Assembly (NCBI GenBank): GCA_041697335.1
Contig: JBGUGD010000035.1
Span: forward strand, 128,001 to 192,000
Length of the DNA: 64,000 bases
DNA from: Vampirovibrionaceae bacterium NZW_1234
GTDB taxonomy: Bacteria; Cyanobacteriota; Vampirovibrionia; Vampirovibrionales; JAGQHJ01
Direction: 5' to 3'
Below the pieces are notes generated by a model. It saw only the letters and a program-made list of their open reading frames with translations, was not told the origin of the DNA and searched no databases. The position numbers were made by a program, and so were the translations under genes. Shown here piece by piece: positions 10,275-18,888 of the stretch; position 1 is the stretch's first letter; the number at the start of each line of letters is the position of its first letter.

Positions 10275-11774
10275 TTATTGTACCAACTCCACATGATTAT
10301 GTCCTTTCTCACGGGCGTGTTCAACCGCTTTTTGTGCTTCAGCCAGAAACACAGTCCCATTCTCAATTGTATCGTTGTAACCGGCGATCCCCACGCTCAA
10401 GGACACAGTTACTTTATTATCACCAACAACTAGAGGTGATTCACTCAAGGCTTCCTGAATTCGTTGGATCGGAACCATTGCTGCCTCAGGCGTTGTCTGA
10501 GGAAAAAGGCATAAAATGCTTCTGCCACCAGAGCGCCCCAACACATCAATACTCCGGACACTTTTCAGTACAACTTCAGCAACCGTCTTTAATGCGGCAT
10601 CTCCTAAAGCATGTCCCCATTGCGTATTCATGGCCTTTAAATCGTCGAGGCTTATGATTGCCAATGTCAAAGGTGTCTTATGTCGCTTTGAATGACGAAC
10701 TTCTCGCTCCAAATAAGCCGAAAAATTCTGATAATTATATAATCCGGTAAGCGCATCGGTCAGGGACAATACCTGAGCCTCGGTGTAGTAATAGCGAAGG
10801 CGCATCAAAACACTCAATTGCTGAAGTACCGTGTCAAATGGGAAGATAATTTCGTAGTTAATGTCCTTTCGGTTATAAAAGGCCAACGTGCCTACCAATT
10901 TGTTTTCAATATAGAACGGGTATACACAGGTGTGCTTGATAGATACAGGCTTTTGAGACTCTGGTGTGCCCGTTGTACCCGAAACAACTTCATGACGGAT
11001 AGTGTCAAAAAGCCAAGGCTCCTGATTTTGTTCTCGATAGGGCGTCAACATCTCTTCAGCCCACGCTTTGAACTGATCATCCTGGATACAATAGGCCCCT
11101 GGGCTATGGAACATTACAAAACGGGGTTCACGGTTCTTGTCGTTAAAGAACACGGCTGCAATATCATAATCCATCACGGTCTCGAGGATGCTAAACAGCA
11201 TATGATACATGACGTTTCGCTTTGAAACCAGCTCGAAGAGGCGATGGAAGGATTTCATCAGGGACATTTCCGTAATCGACTGATCCAGTAGTTGGACCAA
11301 TCGTGAGGTCGCTTCGGTTCGGACAGCCCCTTGCTGCAACAGGCGCACCTGAGCCCGCTCGTCCTTATCCAAGCCTTGAAACAAGTTCAACACCATTTGC
11401 AACTGATTCGAAAACTCCTGCGTAATATGCTGTTCTTCGATAAACACATCTGCAACCAAAGCCAGCTCATTAAACCGCTGATAGTCAGGGGCAGCATCCT
11501 TGGTAATAAGAATAATGGGAAGCTTTCGCAATGCCGGATCGTGCTTTAAAATACGGCATACATGCATACCGCTGATGTCGGCCAAAGTACTATCCACAAC
11601 AATAACAGCTGGAGGCGAGTCATAAACCTGCTTTAACCCTTCAACCCCGGACGAAATCACGTTCAGAGCCAGATGTTGAAAGGCTGATGACATAATGACA
11701 CGTATTTTTTTAGCCAGACTCGCCTGAGCACTGATCAAGAGAATAGTATTTTCAGGGTGGGAAGACAAATCCAA
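10275..11774 (-). CDS. Receiver domain plus degenerate GGDEF domain protein
   Basis: REC (VIVVD, LPIILIT), TDALTGLYN, NTQWGHALGD, signature GGRSI instead of GGDEF. Confidence 0.82.
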   Translation of the reverse strand: MDLSSHPENTILLISAQASLAKKIRVIMSSAFQHLALNVISSGVEGLKQVYDSPPAVIVVDSTLADISGMHVCRILKHDPALRKLPIILITKDAAPDYQRFNELALVADVFIEEQHITQEFSNQLQMVLNLFQGLDKDERAQVRLLQQGAVRTEATSRLVQLLDQSITEMSLMKSFHRLFELVSKRNVMYHMLFSILETVMDYDIAAVFFNDKNREPRFVMFHSPGAYCIQDDQFKAWAEEMLTPYREQNQEPWLFDTIRHEVVSGTTGTPESQKPVSIKHTCVYPFYIENKLVGTLAFYNRKDINYEIIFPFDTVLQQLSVLMRLRYYYTEAQVLSLTDALTGLYNYQNFSAYLEREVRHSKRHKTPLTLAIISLDDLKAMNTQWGHALGDAALKTVAEVVLKSVRSIDVLGRSGGRSILCLFPQTTPEAAMVPIQRIQEALSESPLVVGDNKVTVSLSVGIAGYNDTIENGTVFLAEAQKAVEHAREKGHNHVELVQ

Positions 11775-11952
11775 CAGAACACTCTCTCTCTGGCAACATC
11801 GTAAACGCGTTCACCCATTATAATAGATATACTGCCTTTCGGATGGGAGAGCTCGTGTTTCTCCTGCAAATACCGGAGACGTTGGAGCGGTTATCTAAGC
11901 CGACCGCTGACTCCGTTGTATGGCTGAGCTCGCATTCTGCCTCATGCATGGC

Positions 11953-11979
11953 TCAACTTTTGTCTCTCCCCGTCGATAC
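11953..11979 (+). promoter_or_regulatory. Putative sigma-28 (FliA)-type promoter of the HD-GYP gene
   Basis: TCAA-N15-GTCGATAC versus consensus TAAA-N15-GCCGATAA, 30 nt before the ATG. Confidence 0.45.
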
Positions 11980-12009
11980 CGATTTCAGGAGTTATAGCCA
12001 CATCAGCTT

Positions 12010-14640
12010 ATGAACATTTCTTCTCTCAGCACATCCGATTCCTCCATTCAACCCGGAGACTGGCAACAGAGCAGCACCTCTCAGGCAGCCTTACATGCCT
12101 TGCAGAAAGGGCTGGTCCTGCGCTTTAAAAAAGAAATCCCGCAAGCCATTGAAGTCATTGAAAAAGCCCACCGGCTATTCCTCCAAGACAAGAACTCTAT
12201 GGGCATTACCATGTGTAACATTGAGCTGGGATGGCTCTTTGGTAACGCACAGGAGAGAGCCAGCAGTGAGAAAATGTTTCGGGATGCAGAAACGCTGATT
12301 GAAACTTACAGCGATATGGTGGGCATGAACGAAGCCCGGGCCCGCTTGCTCCATTACAAAGGCTTATTACAATACCAGACAGAATCCTATGGCGCAGCTA
12401 TTCGCTATTTCAAGCAAGCACTCACATTTTGCGATCCTCAAGGGTTGGAAGCCGCCAAAATATACGATAGCTTAGGGGTGCATTATGAACGAATCGGGGA
12501 TTTTCACCGGGCGGTTCGCTATTTAAACTCCGCCCTGCTAATTAAGACCCGCTTGAAAGAACCCATCCATGAAGAAGCAGTCACCTGCCAAATCTTAGGG
12601 CGTCTGTACCTGTTGTACGAGGACTATGAGTTGGCCTATCAACACATTCAGCGCTCACTAGACATTTGTGCCAAGCTAAAAGACGAAAAACGAAAGGCTT
12701 CACTAAAAAACGAGCTGATTCGCCTCTTTCTTCGCTGTGGAAAAGAGCCAGATGCCTTAAACCTGATTCAAGAGTCCAAACGAGAATGTCTCCACCGACA
12801 TCTGAAAATTCAGTACAGCATGACTTGTTTTTATGAAGTCTATTTACTGTTTCGAAACCAAAAACTGGCTGAAGCAGAAGAATTGCTTCACCGAGAAGTC
12901 TTGCCACCCTTTGAAAAATTCCGCTATAAGAAAGGCTTGGCCTTTTCCAAACGCCTTCAGGCCTGGATAGAATTTGCTCACACGCCTCAGCAAACGGCTC
13001 GTCCCGTCGCCCTTATCAGCGAAGCCATTGAGCTGTTTCGACTGGAGCATATGATTGATGAAGTGGCTAAATCCCACTTTGAATTGGGCAAGCTTTATCG
13101 AGAACTCAACAACGAGAAACTAGCTCTGACAAGCTATCTGGATGCACTGAAGATGGCAGAAGAGAACGGGCTTTTTTACCTCATGCCCTATATTGAAGAC
13201 GAATTGTTCCGTACAAACGAACAATACTGGGAAGATATTGTCAACAAGCGGACTAAACACGAACGAGTCTTTGAGAAACGGCATTCCTTACTGGAAGCAT
13301 TAACCGAACTGATGCAGAATCACAAGGAAGGCACCTTGGAGACAACGGCATCTGAGCATATGTCAGGCCATGGTATTCCATTTTTAGTGTCTTTGTTAAA
13401 AGTTGGCCAAGCCATGGCAGCCGAGAGTGATTTGGATAAGCTGCTTCAGCTCATCAAGGAAGAAACTGAAACGGCCTTAAATGCAGATCGCTGCACCGTA
13501 TTTCTCTACGACCGCAGTACCAACGAACTCTGGTCTCGAGCCGCTTCGGGCCTTGAGAAAACAGCCGAGATCCGGTTTCCGGCAGAACAAGGGCTTGCTG
13601 GATATGTGGTTAAAACCGGTGAAATCCTGAACATCCAGAATGCGTATGAAGACCCCCGGTTTAATCCTGAGGTGGACAGACAAACAGGCTATAAAACCAA
13701 TAATGTCCTATGTATCCCGATGCGAAACCGTAATGGCGACATTATGGGGGTGTTTCAAGTCCTCAATAAGAAAGACAGCATTTTTACCCACCACGACGAA
13801 GAGCTGATGACCGCCATTGCGTCCAGTGCAGGTATTGCTCTAGAAAACGCCCAGCTATATCGAGAACTTAAAGTCACCTTTGAGAGCTTTATTAAAACAC
13901 TCTCCACCACCATTGACGCCCGGGATCCCATTACAGCAGGCCACTCCGAACGCGTCATGGAGTATGCCCTGATGATCGGGGAAAAGATGCACTTGTCCGA
14001 TGAAGAAATGGAAGCCCTCAAATACGCCGCCCTCTTGCATGATATTGGCAAGATTGGGGTCAAAGAGGAAGTCCTGATCAAGGAAGGACGCCTTACTGAA
14101 AATGAGTACCGGCATATTCAAGAGCATGTGCGCTATACCCACGATATTTTGAGGAACATCCGATTCGAGCATCATTTATCGTGCGTCCCCGATATTGCTG
14201 CATCACACCATGAGAAATTAGACGGAACAGGCTATTTTCGAGGCCTTAAAGGTGATGCAATCCCACTGGGAGGACGCATTCTTGCTGTAGCCGATGTCTT
14301 TGACGCCATTACCTCCAAGCGCCAATACCGCACTCGAATGCCCTTTGATCGGGTGATGAAAATCCTGCGGGAAGAGTCCGAAAAACACTTTGATGGCGAT
14401 GTGGTGGATACCTTCCTGGAGGTCAGCCTGAAAGATCTGGCGCGGGTTTTGTGTATGGATCATCGTCAACCCGTTGAAATGGAAGATATCGAGCGTGTGA
14501 TGGTTCACATTCCCAATAGCGTCACCATTCGCGATTACCTTGAAATTATGGCCAAAGACATGCCCACCCGGGAAGAAGGCCAAGTGCATTATTACTTCAA
14601 CCAGCTCTACAACTTCAGCGAGATTTCCGACCTCGATTAA
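12010..14640 (+). CDS. TPR-GAF-HD-GYP cyclic di-GMP phosphodiesterase-like protein
   Basis: TPR-like N-terminal half, GAF (NAYEDPRFN, VLNKK), DARD..GHSERV, LHDIGK, HHEKLDGTGYF, VADVFDA. Confidence 0.88.
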   Translation: MNISSLSTSDSSIQPGDWQQSSTSQAALHALQKGLVLRFKKEIPQAIEVIEKAHRLFLQDKNSMGITMCNIELGWLFGNAQERASSEKMFRDAETLIETYSDMVGMNEARARLLHYKGLLQYQTESYGAAIRYFKQALTFCDPQGLEAAKIYDSLGVHYERIGDFHRAVRYLNSALLIKTRLKEPIHEEAVTCQILGRLYLLYEDYELAYQHIQRSLDICAKLKDEKRKASLKNELIRLFLRCGKEPDALNLIQESKRECLHRHLKIQYSMTCFYEVYLLFRNQKLAEAEELLHREVLPPFEKFRYKKGLAFSKRLQAWIEFAHTPQQTARPVALISEAIELFRLEHMIDEVAKSHFELGKLYRELNNEKLALTSYLDALKMAEENGLFYLMPYIEDELFRTNEQYWEDIVNKRTKHERVFEKRHSLLEALTELMQNHKEGTLETTASEHMSGHGIPFLVSLLKVGQAMAAESDLDKLLQLIKEETETALNADRCTVFLYDRSTNELWSRAASGLEKTAEIRFPAEQGLAGYVVKTGEILNIQNAYEDPRFNPEVDRQTGYKTNNVLCIPMRNRNGDIMGVFQVLNKKDSIFTHHDEELMTAIASSAGIALENAQLYRELKVTFESFIKTLSTTIDARDPITAGHSERVMEYALMIGEKMHLSDEEMEALKYAALLHDIGKIGVKEEVLIKEGRLTENEYRHIQEHVRYTHDILRNIRFEHHLSCVPDIAASHHEKLDGTGYFRGLKGDAIPLGGRILAVADVFDAITSKRQYRTRMPFDRVMKILREESEKHFDGDVVDTFLEVSLKDLARVLCMDHRQPVEMEDIERVMVHIPNSVTIRDYLEIMAKDMPTREEGQVHYYFNQLYNFSEISDLD

Positions 14641-14727
14641 GTCCAAAGTGCATCGGACATATCCAGGAAGGCATCTCCCCCTGAACGTGTTGCAACTGTA
14701 ACAGCGATGGTGTAGGCTGAAAGAGCT

Positions 14728-15498
14728 ATGGCGAATTTCTCTACCCCCTTGAACCTGCCTTTATCGCAGCCGACTCCTACAGCCTCTTCGACGGCCACAC
14801 CACACACCATGAGCGTGGTGGAACACTTGGCCGAACTCCGAAGGCGCATTGTCATCTGTTTGATGAGCGTCGGCATCTCGGTTACAGCCGCCTTTTTCTA
14901 TGCCGAGCCGATGGTTAGATGTCTGGAGCGGCTGGCTCCGACCTCTACCCACTTTGTGCAGCTGGCTCCAGGCGAAGTCTTGATGGCCAGCTTTAAGCTG
15001 GCGATGTTTGCCGGAATTGGTCTTGCTTTGCCCATCATTCTGTTTCAGCTGTTTCTCTTTGTCTCGCCCGGCCTTAAGCCTCATGAAAAAAAATATGTTT
15101 TTCCCTTGTTGATTCTTGGTCTAGGCCTATTCGTCGCAGGAATCCTTTTTGGCTATTGGATTTTTTTGCCCTTAATGCTGGAATTTTTATTAGGGTTTGG
15201 GCAATCTATTGCACAACTTCAGATGAGCATCGGGGCCTATCTTAATTTCTGCCTGGGCTTTTTGTTTGCCACCGCCCTGGTCTTTCAACTACCTTTGTTT
15301 CTATTGTTTGCCTCGTTTTTGAGGCTGGTGTCTTCGAAGATACTTCTCAAACAATGGCGCTGGGCCTTAGTGCTCTGCTTTGCACTTGGAGCCATCATTA
15401 CCCCTTCGGTAGATATTTTTTCTCAGTCCGTGATGGCGGTTGCCCTAGCCGGACTCTATGGGTTTAGCATCGGTCTTATCAGAATCTTTGGTCGCTAA
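14728..15498 (+). CDS. tatC: Twin-arginine translocase subunit TatC
   Basis: EHLAELRRR, FVSPGLKPHEK, FQLP, IITPSVD, six TM segments. Confidence 0.95.
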   Translation: MANFSTPLNLPLSQPTPTASSTATPHTMSVVEHLAELRRRIVICLMSVGISVTAAFFYAEPMVRCLERLAPTSTHFVQLAPGEVLMASFKLAMFAGIGLALPIILFQLFLFVSPGLKPHEKKYVFPLLILGLGLFVAGILFGYWIFLPLMLEFLLGFGQSIAQLQMSIGAYLNFCLGFLFATALVFQLPLFLLFASFLRLVSSKILLKQWRWALVLCFALGAIITPSVDIFSQSVMAVALAGLYGFSIGLIRIFGR

Positions 15499-15644
15499 CC
15501 CAATTTAATTTCGGGCTTAAATTTTTAATAATTCTTTAAACAATATCAACAAAGTCTTAAGATTTTGTTTTTATATTAATGTAAACACTTTCTCCTCTCT
15601 TCTCGAATATCTCTCTGTTTTCTCGGATCATAAACAAGATTCAG

Positions 15645-15674
15645 CCCTTCTTCTCTCCCGAAGAAGGGTTTTTT
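15645..15674 (+). terminator. Rho-independent terminator
   Basis: CCCTTCTTC-loop-GAAGAAGGG followed by TTTTTT. Confidence 0.7.
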
Positions 15675-15726
15675 ATAGCAACATAGATTGTCACGAAAGG
15701 GCCTTGGATTTCTGCTACTCGAAGAT

Positions 15727-15756
15727 AAAAAAACTCCCAACCTTGGGGTTGGGAGT
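15727..15756 (-). terminator. Rho-independent terminator of the flgM-like gene
   Basis: CTCCCAACC/GGTTGGGAG stem with A7 on + (U7 on -). Confidence 0.75.
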
Positions 15757-15794
15757 GTCTAACCGTTCCTTTCGGGTTGATAGGAAAAAAATCG

Positions 15795-16148
15795 TTACCG
15801 GAGCGCTCCGCCAATCGGGCTGTTCAAGAGGCTCTCTGCCAGATCATCATCACTAACTCTCGAAAAATACTGACCCGAGTCTACCAGGGACTTAATGAAA
15901 GCCACTTTTTCGGTGTCAAAAGATTCTTCATCGCGAAAGGCCAGCGTGGCGAAGCGGCTGACTTCACGTTCAGCCTCAAGGCGAGCATAGGCCTCAGGAG
16001 ACAAATCAGCGCTATCAATAAAGGCATTGGCACCAGCCTTGGTCATTTCGGTCTCACGACCGGCCTTTTCAACCTGTTGACTTTGACCCAACTGGGTCAA
16101 TTGCATGTCATTAATGGAATTGTTATTGCCCGAAATTCTATCAACCAT
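15795..16148 (-). CDS. flgM: FlgM-like anti-sigma-28 factor
   Basis: Small protein; DSADLS, EKVAFIKSLVDSGQY...DLAESLL resemble the FlgM C-terminal pattern. Confidence 0.6.
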   Translation of the reverse strand: MVDRISGNNNSINDMQLTQLGQSQQVEKAGRETEMTKAGANAFIDSADLSPEAYARLEAEREVSRFATLAFRDEESFDTEKVAFIKSLVDSGQYFSRVSDDDLAESLLNSPIGGALR

Positions 16149-16457
16149 TGACCACAATCCTCTCTGGTTGTTGGGGTCCTATCGCCCGAAATCTACCCAC
16201 AAACTACTGTCTTCGGTGTTCTTACATACATCATTATCTGCCCTATCTCAGGGCACATCAACTGACTAAAGGATCAGTTCTACTACGCCTGGGGTGGATA
16301 CGAGGATGTAGACCATGAGATCAATAAGCCTCCTCTGCCACCCTCAAGAGAGACATTTACCCAAGGTCCCATATGCCCTGGAAACCCATGGTCGTCTCTC
16401 GAGAATGCTTGTGTTATGGTAAGCATACTGTTGTCTCATGCAGAAAGGATGCTTCTC

Positions 16458-17318
16458 ATGCAGGAAATTCATGTGGCTCATAGCCCTGACAGCGATGACG
16501 CTTTTATGTTCTGGGCCTTGGCTCACGACAAGGTGGATACCGAAGGTCTCCGGTTCGTTCATCACCTGAGCGACATTCAGACTTTGAATGAAGCTGCCAA
16601 AGAAGGTAAATACGAGCTTACAGCTATTTCCTATTACGCTTATCCCTTTTTACAGGACAAATACGCTTTACTCTCCTGCGGATCAAGCGTGGGTAACAAG
16701 TACGGTCCTGTTGTGATCTCGAAAAAACCCATGACCCAAGCTGACCTTGCCGGCAAAATCATTGCAGTCCCGGGCTTAATGACCACAGCCTATCTGGCCT
16801 TAAAAGTCTGGTACCCAGACGCTCAAGTTGAAGTGGTCCCTTTTGACCAGATAATGGACAAAGTGAATGATGGTGCCTATGAAGCAGGTCTCATCATTCA
16901 TGAAGGCCAGCTTACTTACCAACAAAAAGGCTTCCATAAAGTTGTTGATCTGGGTGAATGGTGGTTTGAAGAAACCAGTCTGACACTTCCCTTGGGAGGT
17001 AATGCCGTTCGCCGGGATCTCGGTCCCGAAACCTGCCAAAAAATTGCCCGTGTCCTCAAGCGCAGTATCGAATGCGGTTTGGCCAATCGTGAAGAAGCCT
17101 TGGCTTACGCCAAAACCTTTGCCCGAGATCTGGAAGACAGCTTAATTGATCGTTTTGTTGGCATGTATGTCAATGATATGACTGTTGAAGCCGACATGGA
17201 AATCCAAAAAGCAGTTCGATTACTGCTGTTTCGCGGTTATGGGATTGGGCTATTACCAGAGAAACCTGAAATCACCTTTATTACGCCCAATGACGTTCAA
17301 AATTATGCCTTTTCATAA
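16458..17318 (+). CDS. mqnD: 1,4-dihydroxy-6-naphthoate synthase-like, futalosine menaquinone pathway (MqnA/MqnD family)
   Basis: AHSPDSDDAFMF, DIQTLN, YGP, IIHEGQLTY, DLGEWW, LPLGG, MYVN. Confidence 0.85.
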   Translation: MQEIHVAHSPDSDDAFMFWALAHDKVDTEGLRFVHHLSDIQTLNEAAKEGKYELTAISYYAYPFLQDKYALLSCGSSVGNKYGPVVISKKPMTQADLAGKIIAVPGLMTTAYLALKVWYPDAQVEVVPFDQIMDKVNDGAYEAGLIIHEGQLTYQQKGFHKVVDLGEWWFEETSLTLPLGGNAVRRDLGPETCQKIARVLKRSIECGLANREEALAYAKTFARDLEDSLIDRFVGMYVNDMTVEADMEIQKAVRLLLFRGYGIGLLPEKPEITFITPNDVQNYAFS

Positions 17319-17345
17319 GGCTCATCCAACTCTCTAAGTACGCAG

Positions 17346-17386
17346 AATCGCCCCCATCTGGTTATCCACTTGGGGGCGATTTTTTT
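17346..17386 (+). terminator. Rho-independent terminator after mqnD
   Basis: AATCGCCCCCA...TGGGGGCGATT plus T-run. Confidence 0.75.
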
Positions 17387-17401
17387 GAGTTTAGACTTAG
17401 A

Positions 17402-17815
17402 CTAGGCCTCGTTGAGGGGGGCTAGCTTTTCGACAATAATATCGGGGAAACGACGGTACATTCGCCCCTCACTACTGATCATAACCACGGTGGTTCTGGC
17501 TTCAATCATTACTTTATCTGAATGTAAATCCCGGGCTTCCTGAAAAAAAACCAGCTTGGGGGGCTCTTGCTCTACACGCGTCGTGAGGCGCAGGACATCT
17601 CCAAAGCGGGCTGAAGCTTTAAAACGAATATTTTGTTCTGTCACGGGAAAAATGATATCGTACACATCAGACATTTCTGTCATATCGACACCCAGGTTTT
17701 TAAAAAAATTGACTCGGCCCATTTCAAGCCACTTGGCGTAGGATCCGTGCCAAACCACCCCGTAACAATCCGTATCAAAGATGTGAATATCGTAGTTAAA
17801 ACTGTACTCTTTCAT
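17402..17815 (-). CDS. Acyl-CoA thioesterase, YbgC/4HBT hotdog family
   Basis: DTDCYGVVWHGSYAKWLEMGR motif. Confidence 0.85.
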   Translation of the reverse strand: MKEYSFNYDIHIFDTDCYGVVWHGSYAKWLEMGRVNFFKNLGVDMTEMSDVYDIIFPVTEQNIRFKASARFGDVLRLTTRVEQEPPKLVFFQEARDLHSDKVMIEARTTVVMISSEGRMYRRFPDIIVEKLAPLNEA

Positions 17816-18002
17816 GTAAAATTAAAACATAATCTAAAACCGTAACATGACAGGTTGGTGAGTCTCCGGTACAGGCTCAAACGTTTGTTTTATGACATCA
17901 TGGATGTCCCTATGAGGCCTTCTTCCAGAGAAAACGCTGAACTATTAAACCATAAAAATCACCCCAAAATGTAACGCACTATGAGGATCGGAATATCAGG
18001 AT

Positions 18003-18389
18003 ATGGAAGGCTTTAATCTGATTCAAAACTTCTTTACCCGGATGCGCTGCCATTTCTGCTCGACCCATTTAAGCCCTGACGGGGTCGAGCTGATTCGTCA
18101 TGACAATGGGGTTTTTATCGTCAACGTCCACTGCACCCATTGTACCCGCCAGATGGGCATTGCCCTAGTCGGAATGGAGGGCTCCGAAGTGGTTGCTTCG
18201 GATGCACATTATGAAGACCCGGAGTTAACCGAAGCCGAACTGGAGCGCTTAGGTAATTTTGCACCCGTGAACTTTGATGATGTGCTGGATGCTCATACCT
18301 TTTTTAGTGGGTTAGACTCGGGTTGGATGCAGCATTTGCCTGAAGAAATGCGGCAACTGGATATAACGCTTGAAACGGAATCCGATTAA
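18003..18389 (+). CDS. Hypothetical zinc-ribbon protein
   Basis: CHFC and CTHC pairs, acidic C-terminus, AGGA before the ATG. Confidence 0.7.
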   Translation: MEGFNLIQNFFTRMRCHFCSTHLSPDGVELIRHDNGVFIVNVHCTHCTRQMGIALVGMEGSEVVASDAHYEDPELTEAELERLGNFAPVNFDDVLDAHTFFSGLDSGWMQHLPEEMRQLDITLETESD

Positions 18390-18888
18390 ATTCGGGTTCC
18401 GGATTTTCTCGCCGATCCACCAAAGCCCACAGCCCGACAATCTCAATATCAGACGAGACGGCCTTAACCGCATCAATGGCCTTTAAGAATGAGCCGCCGG
18501 TGGTAATCACATCTTCCACCAACACAACGCGTTGGCCAGGCTTTAAGTGGCCCTCCACTTGGCGACCGGTGCCATGGCCTTTAGCTTCCTTGCGAATCAA
18601 GAACCCTGGAATCGGGCTCCCTTTGAGAGCACTGGTAAGGCTGATGGCTGAAACAATCGGATCCGCCCCCAAGGTCATCCCCCCAACGGCATCAATGTTC
18701 AAAGGGGCAATGGCCTCATATAGAATCTCGCCGATCAGCCGAGCTCCTTCCGCTGACAGGGTCGTCATACGACCATCCACGTAATAGCTCGACTTTTGTC
18801 CGGACGCCAGGGTAAACTCGCCGAATTGAAATGACAAATTCAAGAGCAAATCAAACAAAGCCTTATGAGAGGTATCCAAACCATTCAT
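18304..18888 (-). CDS. pyrE: Orotate phosphoribosyltransferase
   Basis: FTLASGQKSSYYVD, RKEAKGHG, VEDVITTGGS. Confidence 0.95.
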   Translation of the reverse strand: MNGLDTSHKALFDLLLNLSFQFGEFTLASGQKSSYYVDGRMTTLSAEGARLIGEILYEAIAPLNIDAVGGMTLGADPIVSAISLTSALKGSPIPGFLIRKEAKGHGTGRQVEGHLKPGQRVVLVEDVITTGGSFLKAIDAVKAVSSDIEIVGLWALVDRRENPEPEFNRIPFQALYPVAAFLQANAASNPSLTH

